Of a stretch of 64,000 nucleotides of DNA, positions 48,008 to 60,935 are shown piece after piece. Under the pieces are notes generated by a model that saw only the letters and a program-made list of their open reading frames with translations, made no database searches and was not told where the DNA came from. The position numbers and the translations under genes are program-made. Source of the stretch: Azolla caroliniana (Eukaryota; Plantae; Polypodiophyta); NCBI GenBank assembly GCA_043228905.1, contig JBHGNT010000015.1, forward strand, positions 9,424,001 to 9,488,000, given 5' to 3'. Within the stretch, counting starts at the first letter, position 1. Every line of letters begins with the position of its first letter.

Positions 48008-51000
48008 TCACGTGATACGTGTGAAAGTGAGTAGTGACTCTCGATGTTCAAGAACTTTACCAATGAATGTTTCAATCGAGAGTGCACATTGTGGTTGTGA
48101 GAGGAATTCATGCTTAAATTGGGCTCGGTCGAAGAGATGTGGAAGGCATGGTCGAATATGATCAAAGGCAGAGCATTGTATCAAAGTGTGATACTCAGAC
48201 TCGCGAACTTGTTTAGGGCAAAGTGTGCATGGCCAACCACACTCATCACTTGTTCCCCAACGCCCTGTCTCACATCGCAATGCATGTGAGCTAAGTCGCA
48301 TAGAAGCAATGGTTCGAATGGCAGATAACGGTATGGGCTCTAACATGTATTGATATGTACGATTTCCCCGTTCCGCAAAGAATATGGTTTTGTAGTTAGG
48401 TGCAATATGTGTAGTATAATGTGTGAAGCGTGAGCCTCCACATTTGTCCCATGTCATGATACATTGGCGTTGCAAAAAGGCCTCATTTACAGAGGAATCT
48501 AATGATACATCATGAAGCAAGTGTCTCGCATCCCATCTACCAAACCATTTTTCTATATCTTGCATCAAACCGGAACACAAAATTTTATTTTTATGGCACG
48601 TCTTTTGGATCTTTTTGCTTGCTTCCCACGCAATTCTAGGAAGTTGATGTGAGGGACTTTTTTGAACCTTAAGCATGTATTCAACAACCCTTTCCATGGC
48701 CTTAATCTCAATGGGTAGTGATCTCGTCTCAAGGAGGAGGAGGGTGTAGGACGTTTGTTTCTTAACTTGTAGAAACTTTGTAAGAAAATGTTTTTGGATA
48801 TTTTCAAACTCTTTCCACATAGATTTAGGGATGCTACTGCCCCATACTTCCACCTCATAGAGAAGAATTGGTGTCACCAAAGTCTTGAAAAGATATTTCT
48901 TGAGGACCCAACACTTAATATCTCCAAGATTGCATGTGTTCTCAAATGCATAGTATGCTCGCTTACCCGGCTATAATCGGCGTGTAGCACATTCATTCCA
49001 TCTATGATTTGAAGGACCGTCAAGGCTAAGATATTTGAAGCTTTCCACGCATTCAAGTGGCTCGTAGTTGTACATAATGCATGGTTTAAATCTCTTTTTT
49101 GGCTCTTCGCAAGCATAATCTTTGCTTTAGAGCTATTGACACTTAATTTAGTATGCATGCAAAATTTTTCAAATGCCTTCATAAGCTTTTGTGCATCTCC
49201 TAAAGTATTTGCAAAAAGCACTACATCATCTACATATAGCAAAAGCATAATCACAACATTCCCAATAGCAACTTCTTTAACACATTCTTCCTTTGCAAAC
49301 TTGGTAACCATATCTTCCGATTCATCAATGCATAGACCAAATAGTGTTGGTGAGAGTGGGCATCCTTTCTTAACATCAATAGTGCTTTTGAAAAAATCTT
49401 AAAGTTTATCTCTCATGCGCACACAACATATAACCTTCTCATAAATTCAAGAAATTGCAAGCATATATTCACTTGGCACCTCAAGTTCTTCTATTCACCT
49501 CCAAAGATGCTCATGAGGTACCATATCAAAAGCTTTCTTGAAGTCTACAAAGCAGCAATATAAACCTTTACCTCTAAGGCGACTTTCCTATATTAATACT
49601 CGAAGGGTGACAAGGTGATCAATGGTGCTATGGTGTTTTCGAAAGCCAACTTGTCCATAAGCTCTCTTACCATTTTTTTTCAGCCCATACACTTATCTTT
49701 TATTCCATTATACATCCAAATAGTTTTGCCATTAATGAGCCAACCATGATGGTTCGATAGTTGTTTACATTATTTACATCTCCACCTTTATGTAAAGGTT
49801 TAATCCAATTTGTAGTCCAATCGTATGGCATACCATGTTGCAATGCATCATTAAACATATCGCTTATCCATACATGTGCTTCCTTTCCCGTCCATTTGAG
49901 CATTTCAGCCTTTATACATTGAAGATCGCTTGCCTTTCGAGAGGTCAATTTCTTAAGTCCTATGCATATATCTTCAACTGTAAAGAAGGGAGGCATATGT
50001 GAAAGGGAACGATAACACATCATCTTTCCGGCAAGAGATAACTCATATAAATTCTTATAATGCATAGACAACTCGTGAAGAGTTAAGTCACCATAACTCT
50101 CAACATGTTTCCCCTTTAGATTTCCCCAAAATTTAGCACATGCATGTGCTTTCTCTTGCGTTGGGATAAATTGTTGAGTAACTTCCCATATTCTTCTCTT
50201 TCTTTAAATAAGCCTTTATACTCATGCAAATGATTTGGGTAATTCTCTTTATCCTTAACTACATCCAAAACCATAAGGCACTGTCGAGCTTCTCGACATT
50301 CTTTATCAAACCAGTTTTTTCCTAAGTTTCTTGGTGCATTTCCAAGATGTGCGGTTGGTCAAAAAACATTTGTTTGTATAGGAGAGAGTGACTTTCTTGA
50401 AAGCTTCCAATTTGCATTCTAGTGTGGCACCATGTTGTATCTTTGTCATTTGTAACATATCCTCAACCATCTTGGAATACATGGGTGCTCGCTTAAGGTT
50501 CATGCTCAAGTGCGGTTGTTTATTATCTTCAATAGCCTTCTCACAATCAAACCTATGCATACATTTGCGATCAATACATAAAGGCCTATGATCGGATTCC
50601 GATGTCCATTCACCAAGTGAGAATTTATGTATACGATCCAAAATACCTTCGGAAAATAGCACATAGTCAATCACACTATTTCTGTTGTGTTTTCTACATG
50701 TAAAACCATTAGTGTTGGGCCATAAGGAAATATCATTTGCAATAAGCAATCCGGTACTATTGCACATTTGTAGGAGTAACTTCCCAAATTGGTCTGGATC
50801 TTTTTCATCGCTAGAACAACGGCTATACATTTTCATATCCTCTTGCATCCTTGAGATATGTGGCATGAAAGATTCTTGTGAATTAAGTTGGAAACTTCTT
50901 GTACGAGCATTCATGTCACCAAAGACAATAACTTCCCCTTTGGATTTGAAATAAGCAATATCATCTTCTTGATTGGCAAAAGGTTGATTTTTATCCAAAC

Positions 51001-51359
51001 AAGCAGAAAAGTTAGAATCTTGATGAGGAATGTAACATCCAACTACAAAAGTGGGCAAATCATTAGGTGTTTCTATTTAGAGCCATATGTAGCATTTATG
51101 TTCATCATTTTTTATGATTGACACATATTTCTCTCTTTCCTTCTTAATCAAACATGTGACCCCTCCTTGTCCTCTTCTTTGTCTTGGATTTTTCTTCCAT
51201 ATCAAAGAGTGTACATTATAGTTGCCTAAACCTTGAATCCTTTGAGTATCATGCTCCCATGTTTCAACAAGAAGTGTGATATCCAAGTCATGGGTGAAAT
51301 CCTCTATGCCAAATCCCGCATTCCATGGGTATCCATTGCAATTCCAAAAGCATAGTCAT
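48008..51359 (-). pseudogene. LINE ORF2: AP endonuclease, RT and C-terminal zinc motif, disrupted
   Basis: EN: WNCNG, LVETW, GCYIPH, FGDMNAR, SVIDYV, SDHRP. RT: PLHKGGD..NNYRTI, CFVDFKKAFD, GCPLSPTLF, LLYVDDVVL. C-terminus: MRLSSHALRCETGRW..CTLC..ESEYH..C. Confidence 0.92.
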
Positions 51360-51379
51360 AAAAGGCGTGGGTTAGTCTC

Positions 51380-52252
51380 ATAGGTCACGTGTCCCTATTT
51401 GCCTACATTTCCATCTTTAGGCACATCCTTAACCTTATTTTTCAATATTTCTTCATATGCTTTACGACAAGCATTTTGTTGTGAGATAGTATGATCTTCA
51501 CTCACAAAGCATTGTGTACCTTTGAGGTATACCCAGCTATTTTCGAGTATGATCTACCGTTTTGTATCATCTGTCATTGTGCATACAATAGGCCTCTCTC
51601 CAGAGCGAGTAACACCATGTTTCCCAACTTTGTGTGCCCCATATACATTCACATGACATCCCATAATGCATGCTAAAAAATTTACCAATGGCCTTTCCAA
51701 GGGATGCTGGTGTTTCCATACTCTCTTCTTTAATCCCACGGACGACAATGTTCTTTGATCATCGTTCACGTTCTTTCAATTCTCAGACATCTATATTTTT
51801 CTCTTAATGTATCACATGCATATTAAATGAGTTTGATACCACATCCCCACCACATACATCGTCCCATGACTTCGTTGTACATATATTTTTCATCTCACTT
51901 ACATCCCGCCTCATTGTGTCCAATTTTTCTTCTTTTAATGCTTCCTTTAAATCAATCTTGTTAAGGTGCTCATTTGTTTCGAAAGAAGCTCTTTTACATT
52001 CTTGAATCTCTTCTTGAAGTTTTGCACCCACTTGCTTAAGGCTTTCATTCTCAATGACAACAATTTGGAGCTTAGCATTCTCTTTCATTAACGTCCTAAT
52101 CCTTCACCTTGCTTGTTTATGGTTTATTGAAGAGAAATCAAGTGACTCATAAGCATTTTGTCCATTGCATTGGAATCTAGATTTGTTGGTGATCTCGGCT
52201 CATTATCAATCATACCCCCGAACTTTGTGGCGGCTTTACGAGTGTTTGCCAT
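51380..52252 (-). pseudogene. LINE ORF1 remnant (coiled coil plus RRM-like region)
   Basis: MANTRKAA start at ~52251; coiled-coil segment 52088-51804; RPIVCTMTDDTKR and FVSEDHTISQQ-like motifs typical of LINE ORF1. Confidence 0.65.
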
Positions 52253-52679
52253 TGTAGGGACAAACCCTACGGGAAGAGAGAGACAAAGAGGGATGGAGAG
52301 AGAATGTACCTTTCACTCGATTTAGGGCTTCAAAATCTACCTTGCGTTTGAGAGAGAGAGAGAGATTAAATCTTGATAACTTAAATTACTATAGGGATTA
52401 AAACTTAAATATAACTAAAAAATCTAAAAATATAGTGTGAAAGGGAGCGAGGGCTAGTCATTAAGTATTAATTAAAAAGACTAAAACAAATGTTACTACC
52501 ATGTTAAGAGAGAGCGAGAGAGTGAGTGGGTGAGTGATTAAGAGCAAAGCTATTACTAATTATCATTGAGATTGGAAAAGAAATTACATGGAGATATGGT
52601 CATGAGCAAACTAGTTTCTCCCCCTACGGGGCTCATCAATGCTAAAATGACCATTAGGGGTGGATAGGTTTATATAAGG

Positions 52680-53695
52680 AGTTTTAGGAGAGGCTTTAGA
52701 GAAATGACAATAGGGAGTGGGGGTGTGTGCTAATGGATATGATTTGAAAAGGGGAAGATTTGGGGAAGAAGGAAAAGGATATTATGGGCTTTAATGTGAC
52801 AAGAGGGAGGTTTTGATATAAGGAAAAAGAGGTTATAATATAAAAGAGGGATAAGAAAAAAAAAGAGATTTAGGATATGAAATGTAAAAAGAGAGGAAAT
52901 ATTAAAAGGGGAGTTAAGAGAGAAGGGGGGGAATGAGTAGACATAAGGGGAGTGAGTAGATCTACGAGGATCAAGGGTGGGAAAGCAAGAGAAAAGTAAG
53001 AGACAGAAAAAGGGTAGAGAGAGGAGATAGATGTGTGTGTAAACTAGACAAAGTAAGAGAGAGAAAGGAAAGAGGAGAGAGGTAAGGGAGAGAGACAAAT
53101 GTGGGGAAAGAGGAAAAGAAAAAGGGGAAGGCTATAGATTTAGGAAGAGGATGGGGAGGGGTAGGGTAAGAAAAATTAAAACATGGGTGAGGGTTGAAAA
53201 ACAAAAATAGAAAGGTGGATAAAATAGGATAGGAAAAGATTTTGAGAGAGGGAAGGAAAAACTAAGAGAGGGAGAAGTGATAACTTAAGTGTGAGAGAGA
53301 AAAAAAAGGGAATTTAGATTTAGATAGAGGAAGAGTGGGGGTAGGGTGTTTAGTTTTTAAGAAATGAGGGGGGGTTTAGGGGAGGGCTAGGGTGGTAATA
53401 GGAAAAAGTGCAAGGAGGGGTAGAAAGGTAATTTTGAAAAAGTGAGGGGGAAGAGTAGGAGGGTAATTTAGGAAAAGTAATTTAGGAAGGTAAGGGAGGG
53501 GTAAATTGACAAAGTGGGGGTGAAGTGAAAAGATCACCACGAACGATTTGAGTGCACCCAAATCGTTTGATACACTTGGTGTGAGCTAGGGAGGGGTAGG
53601 GGTAGGGGTAGGGTGGTAATTAAAAAGTAAAGGGAGGGGTAGAGGTAAGAGAGAGAGAGAGAGAGAAAAGAGGATATAAAAGTAAGAAAGATAGA

Positions 53696-53732
<37 letters not shown>

Positions 53733-53850
53733 AATACATGGGGAAACCAAAAAGTTAAAAGAGCGAGGGGAATAAAAAAGGAGAAGACTGTTATGGAGAG
53801 AAAACAGGGAGGGGTAGGAAAAAATACTAATAAAAATTGGTAAAACATGG
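52680..53850. repeat. ~1.2-kb purine-rich low-complexity tract with (GA)n and G-runs
   Basis: Plus strand is mostly A/G with very few C; (GA)n at ~53648 and ~53700; (GGGGTA)n at ~53593-53614. Confidence 0.9.
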
Positions 53851-54181
53851 ATGAAGGTAGAAACTACAAATTGTTTGTGGGATTGCCCTCAAGCTCAAAA
53901 GGTATGGGATAGAGTGACTCGCCTCCTTGCAGCTTGTGAAGCGGAAGGAGCAGCATCGTGGAGTGTTGCGGCATGGATTGATCACTCTGTTGATAGGTGT
54001 ACAAACGCCTTCAATGCGGATAGTTGGTGCTACGTATGCACGAGAGGCAAAATCACCAAGATTCATTTTGAGAGAGGCTTGCAGTTCGCATCCCCTACGT
54101 TACCGGAAATTTGGATTCTGATCGCAAGCTTCACCTTGTGGTATGTATGGAAAGCGCATTGCCTAAAGGTCTTTCAAGAAG
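53851..54181 (+). pseudogene. L1-type LINE ORF2 C-terminal fragment (zf-RVT region)
   Basis: ETTNCLWDCPQAQKVW...IWILIASFTLWYVWKAHCLKVFQ pattern. Confidence 0.7.
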
Positions 54182-54545
54182 TTTTGGGCTTTCCAAAAAT
54201 GCCTAAATACTTGACACATGAAATTTACAAAAGAATGTACAAAATTTACAAAAGGACTACTATCTATATTTATGCATATTCGTGAATCGACAGTTCGATG
54301 TAAAATAAATTTTTTACAGTTCATGTATCAGAACAATCACTTCCTAAAGCAATGCCATCCCCTTCAGACCCATCCGATAAACTAGAAGAGCTTTGTAAGG
54401 TCTCATCCTCATCATCACTAGCAACCAACACATTGTCTTCATCCAATTGGAATCCAACGTAACCGTGATTATGAGACGTGCTCCTTGTTCGTTTCTATGT
54501 TGTGTCAACAAGCACATCTGGGATCTTCTCTTTTATTATCTTGAT

Positions 54546-54882
54546 TGTAGTCTGTCTTAGATGGCCTATTGTGGATACTAGGATAAGTTAGGAAGTGTCA
54601 AGACAAAGAGAGAGAGAGAGAGAGAGAGAAAGGGATAGTGTTAAGACACAAAAGAGAGAATTGAAAGGAAAATATTGTATTGCACTATAAGATGGAGTAC
54701 AAACAGTAGGCAATAGGGAGCTATAGGATGGCGTTGAACCAATTTGGTTTTTGGATGATTGATAGATCCTTATTTATAAGTCCCTATAGAGTATTCTAGA
54801 AGGTTCTAGCTTATAGAACACTCTATAATATTCTAGGACATTCTAGAATGTAAAGTAATATAGAATATTCTTATGATATTAG
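54546..54882 (-). promoter_or_regulatory. LTR remnant with TATA box and heat-shock-element cluster, cut by the C4 insertion
   Basis: TATAAATA (minus) at 54771-54778; TTCtaGAAggTTC at 54794-54806; TTCtaGAA at 54841-54848; GAAtaTTC at 54863-54870. Confidence 0.55.
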
Positions 54883-57829
54883 TGTTGGGAATTCGGTCCC
54901 ATCCGGAAAAGCCGGATCGGACGAGCTGGAGGAAGGAACCGGACCAAATGCAACAACCGGACCGGACCCGAAGGTATCCGGATGGATCCGTGTGAACCGG
55001 ATTCAGGGACATATCTGCAAATATGTTTTTGGTGTGCCTTGAAAGGCTATATTTGTAAATAGTCTTAAAGTCATATAAGTATAAATATGACTTTGGGCAA
55101 TCACTTTGTCAAATAATAATGTTGGTGTTATTGTTAGTTGTATTATAGTTGTATAGAGAGAGCGTGAAGAGAAGTCGTCGATTGGCGAAGATACAGAACT
55201 CGAGGTCGTTGGTCTAAGTCTTCTGTTGTACCTCCTTTCTCATATAGTGATAGTTGGAGTCTGTGGGCTCCCATGGTTTTCCCCAGTTAGGGTTTTCCAC
55301 GTAAACATCATGTTTCGCTTCTTTTGTGTAAGTTGATGAACCTCCATTTCTGTTTTTTCTTTGTTCTTTCATAAAGTGTTTGAGTCTCAGTTGAGGCCGA
55401 GTGCTATTCCGCACAAACTGGTATCAGAGTGAACAAGAAAATGGAAGACTCATTCGGAACCATGTTCAAGCTCGCCGGCTCCAACTACCTAGTGTGGAAG
55501 TCGAAGATGAGGGACATGCTCGTGGTAAAAAGTCTCTGGCTGCCGGTATAGTTCGGGGACAAGAAATTGGACAAGATCGATGCCATAGTGTGGGAGGTGA
55601 TGCACATAAAGACGACGGGATACATACGATGCTTCATCGACATGAGACTGTACAACAATTTCAATGAAGAAAGTAAGGCTCATGTGCTCTAGGAGAAAAT
55701 CGGCACCATGTTGGAGAGCAAAAACGCTGTAAATCGGGTTTCAGTATTCCAGAAGTTAGTGAGACTCTGGTACCAGGACTGATCCAACATGGCGGAGCAC
55801 ATGAATGCATTCCAGGGGCTCATAAATCAAACAACTTCGCTTGAAGAACCTTTGGCCAACGAGGTACTTGCATTGCTCCTACTCAATTCCCTCCTGGATT
55901 GTTGGAGATGCTAGTTGTCACTTTGGGCAACACCGAGCCGGAAGGAAAGCAGTTGTCCCTAACAAGGGTCAAATCAAGCTTGCTAGTTAAAGAAGCTACC
56001 CGGAAGGATCGGGAATCCGGAACCGACCCGAAGGCCTGGGTTATGGAAGATGACTGTAATCGGGGAAGAGGCCGAAATTGAAGTCCCCAAAACCGGGACA
56101 AATCGAGGACGAGGTCGAAGTCAAAGGGGAGAGGCCCACGTGCTTCTACTGTGGGAAGCTGGGGCACTTCTAGAAGAACTCTCGGCATTTCTAGAAAGAG
56201 AAAGGGGTCGACACCACCGATTTAAAGAAGAGTTCGGACTGGAGAGGTCCGGATCGGAAAGGAATGTTGGCGATCGCAACAAGTGAAGAAGAATTGTTGC
56301 TCATCACCATGGAGAATGACTTAAACCTTGTCGGTGACGAGACAACATGGGTTGTCAATTCCAGAGCATCGTTCCACATGACACCGAACCGGAAATACTT
56401 CTCATCCTACACAACCGGAGATCTCGGTTGTGTCCGGATGGGGAAGGAAGGTACCTGCCGAATCGTCGGCATAGGAGATGTGTGGTTGGCGACATCAACA
56501 GGGTGCAAGTTGCTGTTGAAGGATGTTTGACACTTTCAAGAGGTTCGGTTGAACTTGATATCAGTTGGTCGGTTAGATGATGAAGGCTACACAGGTAGCA
56601 TCCGGAACGGAGTCATGAAATTCAGCAAAGGAAGCCTAATATGGGCTAGAGCCTGGAAGATCAACACACTATATCTGATGCATGCCCGGAAATTCCGGGA
56701 AGAAGTGAACATAGCATCCGACACTGTTGGTGAGTTGTGGCACAAGAGACTGTGTCATATGAGCCAGAAGGGGATGAGAAGACTTGCTGAAGATAACCTC
56801 ATTCCGGAGGTGAAAGACGTGCAACTTGAGAAGTGCACAGACTGCTTGGCCGGCAAGCAAAACTGAACCTCCTTCCGAACAAGGCCACTAATGAGACGGA
56901 ATGCACCACTGGAGCCGGTGCATACCGATGTGTGTCAAGTGGACATGAAGTGACATGCCAAATCGCACTACTTCATGACGTTCATAGACGACCACAACCG
57001 GAAGCTATGGGTCTGATCGTTGAAGACGAAGGTGTTGTCCATCTTCAAGGAGCTCCACGTGAGAGTGGAAAGGGAAACTGATAGGAAGCTAAAGGCAGTT
57101 CGGGCAGATAACGGAGGCAAATACTGGGGGCGGTTCGAGGAGAACTGCTAGTCGAAGGGAATCTGGCTCAAATTTACTGTGCCGAAGACACCGGAACTAA
57201 ACAGGTTGGCCAAACGGATGAACCGAACCGTGATGGAGAGAGTCTGGAGCATGCTTGCATATGCAAAGTTACCCAAGAAGTTTTGGGCTAAGGTGCTGAT
57301 GACAACGACTTACGTGATAAACAGATCACCCTCAGCACCCTTGGACGGAGACACCGCAGAGAGTATGGACCGGAAAAGATGTGTCCTACTGGCATCTGAA
57401 GGTGTTTAGGTGTCTCTCTTACGTGCATGTAGCAAAGGACAAGAGAACGAAATTGGATCCAAAATCCTAGCCATGCATATTCCTTGGATATGGTGATGAC
57501 GAGTTCGATACCAAGTGTGGGATCTAGTTGACAGAAAAGTTTTTCAAAGTCGGGACATAGTCTTCATGGAAGACAAGACCATTGCCGATTGGGAGTTGGA
57601 GAAGAAGATGATGGAATCCGGATTGATCGACAGAAACCAGCTTGAGGATACAAGGACTTACCCAGTTGGAAACCGGATGTTAGCCGGTAACCGGATGACA
57701 CTCGATGAACTGGCCAGATTCGGACAAGAAACCGAACCGACCGAAGAAGAAGAAGAAGAAGACACTAGAACCGGACAAGATCCCGAATCAGATTCAGATT
57801 CGGAATAGATGGAGGAACCAGTTGCCGAA
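54883..57829 (+). mobile_element. 5' half of a Ty1/copia (C4, C2 family): LTR, PBS, gag, PR, INT; RT and 3' LTR missing
   Basis: LTR 54883-55415; PBS TGGTATCAGAGTG at 55419-55431; proteins colinear with C2/C3; many stops. Confidence 0.92.
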
Positions 57830-60800
57830 AACCGCCGAACTCACTGTCGAGTGAGTGAGTCGATTCACCGTCGTCGACGCGATCGTCTTCATATTCCGCC
57901 ATTTTCGCCTTGCCTTTGTCCATCTTCGGGCTAGGCCGTGATGTGCTTTGATCGCTCAAAGGCTCTTGTGTTCCGCTCAGTCGGGTCGTGATCGGACTTT
58001 CTTCAAACATGCACGTAAGGTGATCTTCATCCTCTATCTCTTGTTCGGTGGATTTCGGGTCGAGCGGGGTCGGAGTTGAAGTTGTCTCTGGTGCGTACCA
58101 GGATGCGGACTCGTCAAAGACGACTTCTCGACTTACCCGAGATTTTCGAGTTGAGGGGTTGTAGCACTTGTACCCCTTTTGCTCCAGTGAGTATCCTATG
58201 AGGATACATTTCTCCGACTTCGGGTCAAGCTTTTGACGCTTCTCGTCGGGGATGTGCACGTACGCAATGGAGCCGAATATCCGAACATGTGATAGGTTCG
58301 GATTCTTTCCGAAGAATCTTTCGTGCGGAGTGACCTCGTGCACGCCGGATGTTGTGCACCGGTTCATTAGGTAGACGGCCGTATTTGCCGCTTCGGCCCA
58401 ATATGACTTGGGCATATGCTTCTTGTTCATCATGGCCCGCGCTACTTCGAGGATGTGCCGATTTTTGCGCTTGGCTACTCAATTTTGTTGCGGAGTGTGT
58501 CGGCAAGTGAATTCTCGCCGAATTCCTTCCTTTCGGAGATACGTCGTGAAATCGTCCGAGAAGTACTCCTTGCCGCCATCCGATCGAAGGCATCGTACAT
58601 ATCGACCCGTGGCTTTCTCGACTTCATTCTTGAAATTTTGGAAGTGTCCGAACACTTCGCTCTTTTGCCGCATCAGGTAGATCCAAGTGTGCCTAGAAAA
58701 GTCGTCGATAAAGAGTACGTAATATCGGCATCCACCGAATGTCGCCGTTTGAGCCGGACCCCATACATCGGAATGAATTACGTCGAGTACGCCTTTGCTC
58801 ACATTCCGCTCCTTCGGAAATGGGTGTCAGTGTTGCTTGCCGAATTGGCACGCTTCGCATACACCTTCAATCTCCATCTCTTTGAATGTCGGGAGTTTGA
58901 TGACGACTCCTTTCGATTTCATTGCTTTGAGTTTGTTGAGATTGATGTGGCCGATTCGCTTATGCCATAGCTCTATGTCGGAGTCGGCTTTCGTGTTTTT
59001 CGCGAACATGGCGGATTTCATCTCGCGTGAATCGAGAATGAACAGCCGGCCCTCTCTTCGTCCGCGTGCGATGAGTCGGCCCTCTTTTTCGATGAAGCAA
59101 CCACCTTGATTAAATTGAACTTGCATCCCTGGCTCTACAATTTGGCCGACGGAGACCAAATTCTTTGTAATGGTCGGTACATGCAAGACATTTTTAATGT
59201 AATTTTGCTTACCTTCTTTTCCGAACGGAACATTGCCAATGTGCCGAATCGGGTGCGTAGTGTCGTCTCCGGTTTCGACATAGCCGGGTCGATCCGGCTC
59301 TTGAAGTTCGAGAAACCATTCTTGATGCGATGTCATATGGTTTGAGGCACTAGAATCGACGAACCATACGTCTTCCGGACTGGAGGCACTAGTTGAGGTA
59401 GCGGCCGACATAGAGTTTGCTCTATGTTTCATCATGAACATTCCGCCACGATCTTCGTAGTCGGAGTTATGCCCGTACATTCCGCTATACTCTTCGTAGT
59501 CGGAATTGTGCGCGTAATTCGTGAGTTGTCGGATTGTGGAAGCCGATTCACGCATCTTCTTTCGGCACTCTTCTTCGTGATGGCTGAGCTTTCCGCAATA
59601 TCCGCATTCGGTTACGTTTTGACGGCTCGGGCCGGAGTGGAAGCTCCCCCTTCTTGCGAAGTTTCCTCGTTGGCCTCTGTTTTGCGACTGAAATTGGGAG
59701 TTGTTGTCGTAGGTCGGACCTCGTCCGCCTTGTCCTTGGCCGAATCGGCCTCTCGCTCGTCCGCATCCTCTTCCTCCATTAGAGTGCGTATAGAGCATGT
59801 GGCCTTCCGACTCATTGCTCCTTGTACGCACGTGGTTTTCTTCGACCAATAGCATTGATTGGAGCTCGAAGAAGGAGGGAGATTTCTCCCGTGCTAGAAT
59901 GGCGGTTCGCATCACGCCGAACCGTGGTGCGAGGCCACCGAGGCATATTTGCACCATCTCATCATCATCTATACTTACGCTTATTGAGCCGAGCGAGTCG
60001 CAAAGCTCCTTGATCTTCAAGGTGTATGTCGTGATGGACATGTCCCTTTGTTGTTCAACTCTTGGCGGAGTTGAAGCTTCCTCACGGTCGTGTTGGCGGT
60101 GAAAATCTTTCGTAGATTTTCCCACGCTTCCTTCGGCGTCTTGGCTTCGCGAATGTAGCCGAGCATGTGATCGTGAACACATGTCGCCAAGCAATACATC
60201 ACGCGGCTTGCGGCATGCTCCCATGTCGCGTATCCGGGAGCCGCTTCGGCGGGTCGGTCTTCATGTGCTCCTTTGATGTAGCTCCAATAGCCTTGTCCGA
60301 CAAGGTATTGGTGCATCTTGTACTCCCAAGATGCGAAGTTGTTTCGATCCAACTTCTCAGTTGGGAGAGCGCTCCCCATTTGAGTATTCATTATGTCGAT
60401 TCTTCTTCTTCTTCTTCTCTCTTCGAGTGCGAGCTATGTAGCGAAGCTACGATAGCTATGAGCCGGTTCTTGGTCGTCGACGTAGAGCACAACACACGAT
60501 CACAATGAGGCGAATGGGCTAGATCGAGCTACCAAATCGCTCTGATAGCATGTAAAGAATCAAGAGATGGATTCTTGTGAAGCGGAATAGGTGTGAACTG
60601 TGTGTGTATGAGAGAGAGAGAGAGAGAGTGAGTGAGTGAAACACAGAGAATACGCAAGGTAAAAGTATATTGACAAAGGAGAAAGACTCAACGTTATACA
60701 AGGTGGGAGGAGGGTGCTTTATGTAGTCACCCTCTCTCTTCATTAACTACAAGCCTCATGGAGCATGGGGAATGTGAAAGCTCATAAGTTATGTGTCATA

Positions 60801-60935
60801 GAATAGGATTCTATGACTCATACTAAATGCTAGAATACAAAGTGGTGACATAATGGTGACTCTTGACCATTGGAGTGTCTCTTCACTCTCAAGGTGAGTT
60901 CACACACTAGACCAAGTTGAGCTTGATTCTCAACA
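57830..60935 (-). mobile_element. 5' half of a different Ty1/copia family (C5): LTR, PBS, gag, PR, INT; RT and 3' LTR missing
   Basis: LTR 60551-60935; PBS TGCTATCAGAGC (1 mismatch) at 60539-60550; gag EKLDRNNFASWEYKM, CGYCGKLSHHEEEC, WFVDSSASNHMT, LWHKRIGH, LRSDGGKEY. Confidence 0.92.

Larger units (their letters stand above)
47950..52349 (-). mobile_element. Apparently full-length LINE (RTE-X/L2-like) with TSD at a (GA)n microsatellite
   Basis: TSD GAGAGAGAGAGAGAGATTA at 47931-47949 and 52350-52368; short (ATAAT)n 3' tail; ORF1 followed by ORF2 (EN, RT, C-terminal Cys/His). Confidence 0.9.

Noticed and set aside
52730-53848. Hydrophobic F/L/S/P-rich ORFs resembling membrane proteins
   Set aside because: Translation of the pyrimidine-rich strand of a low-complexity tract.
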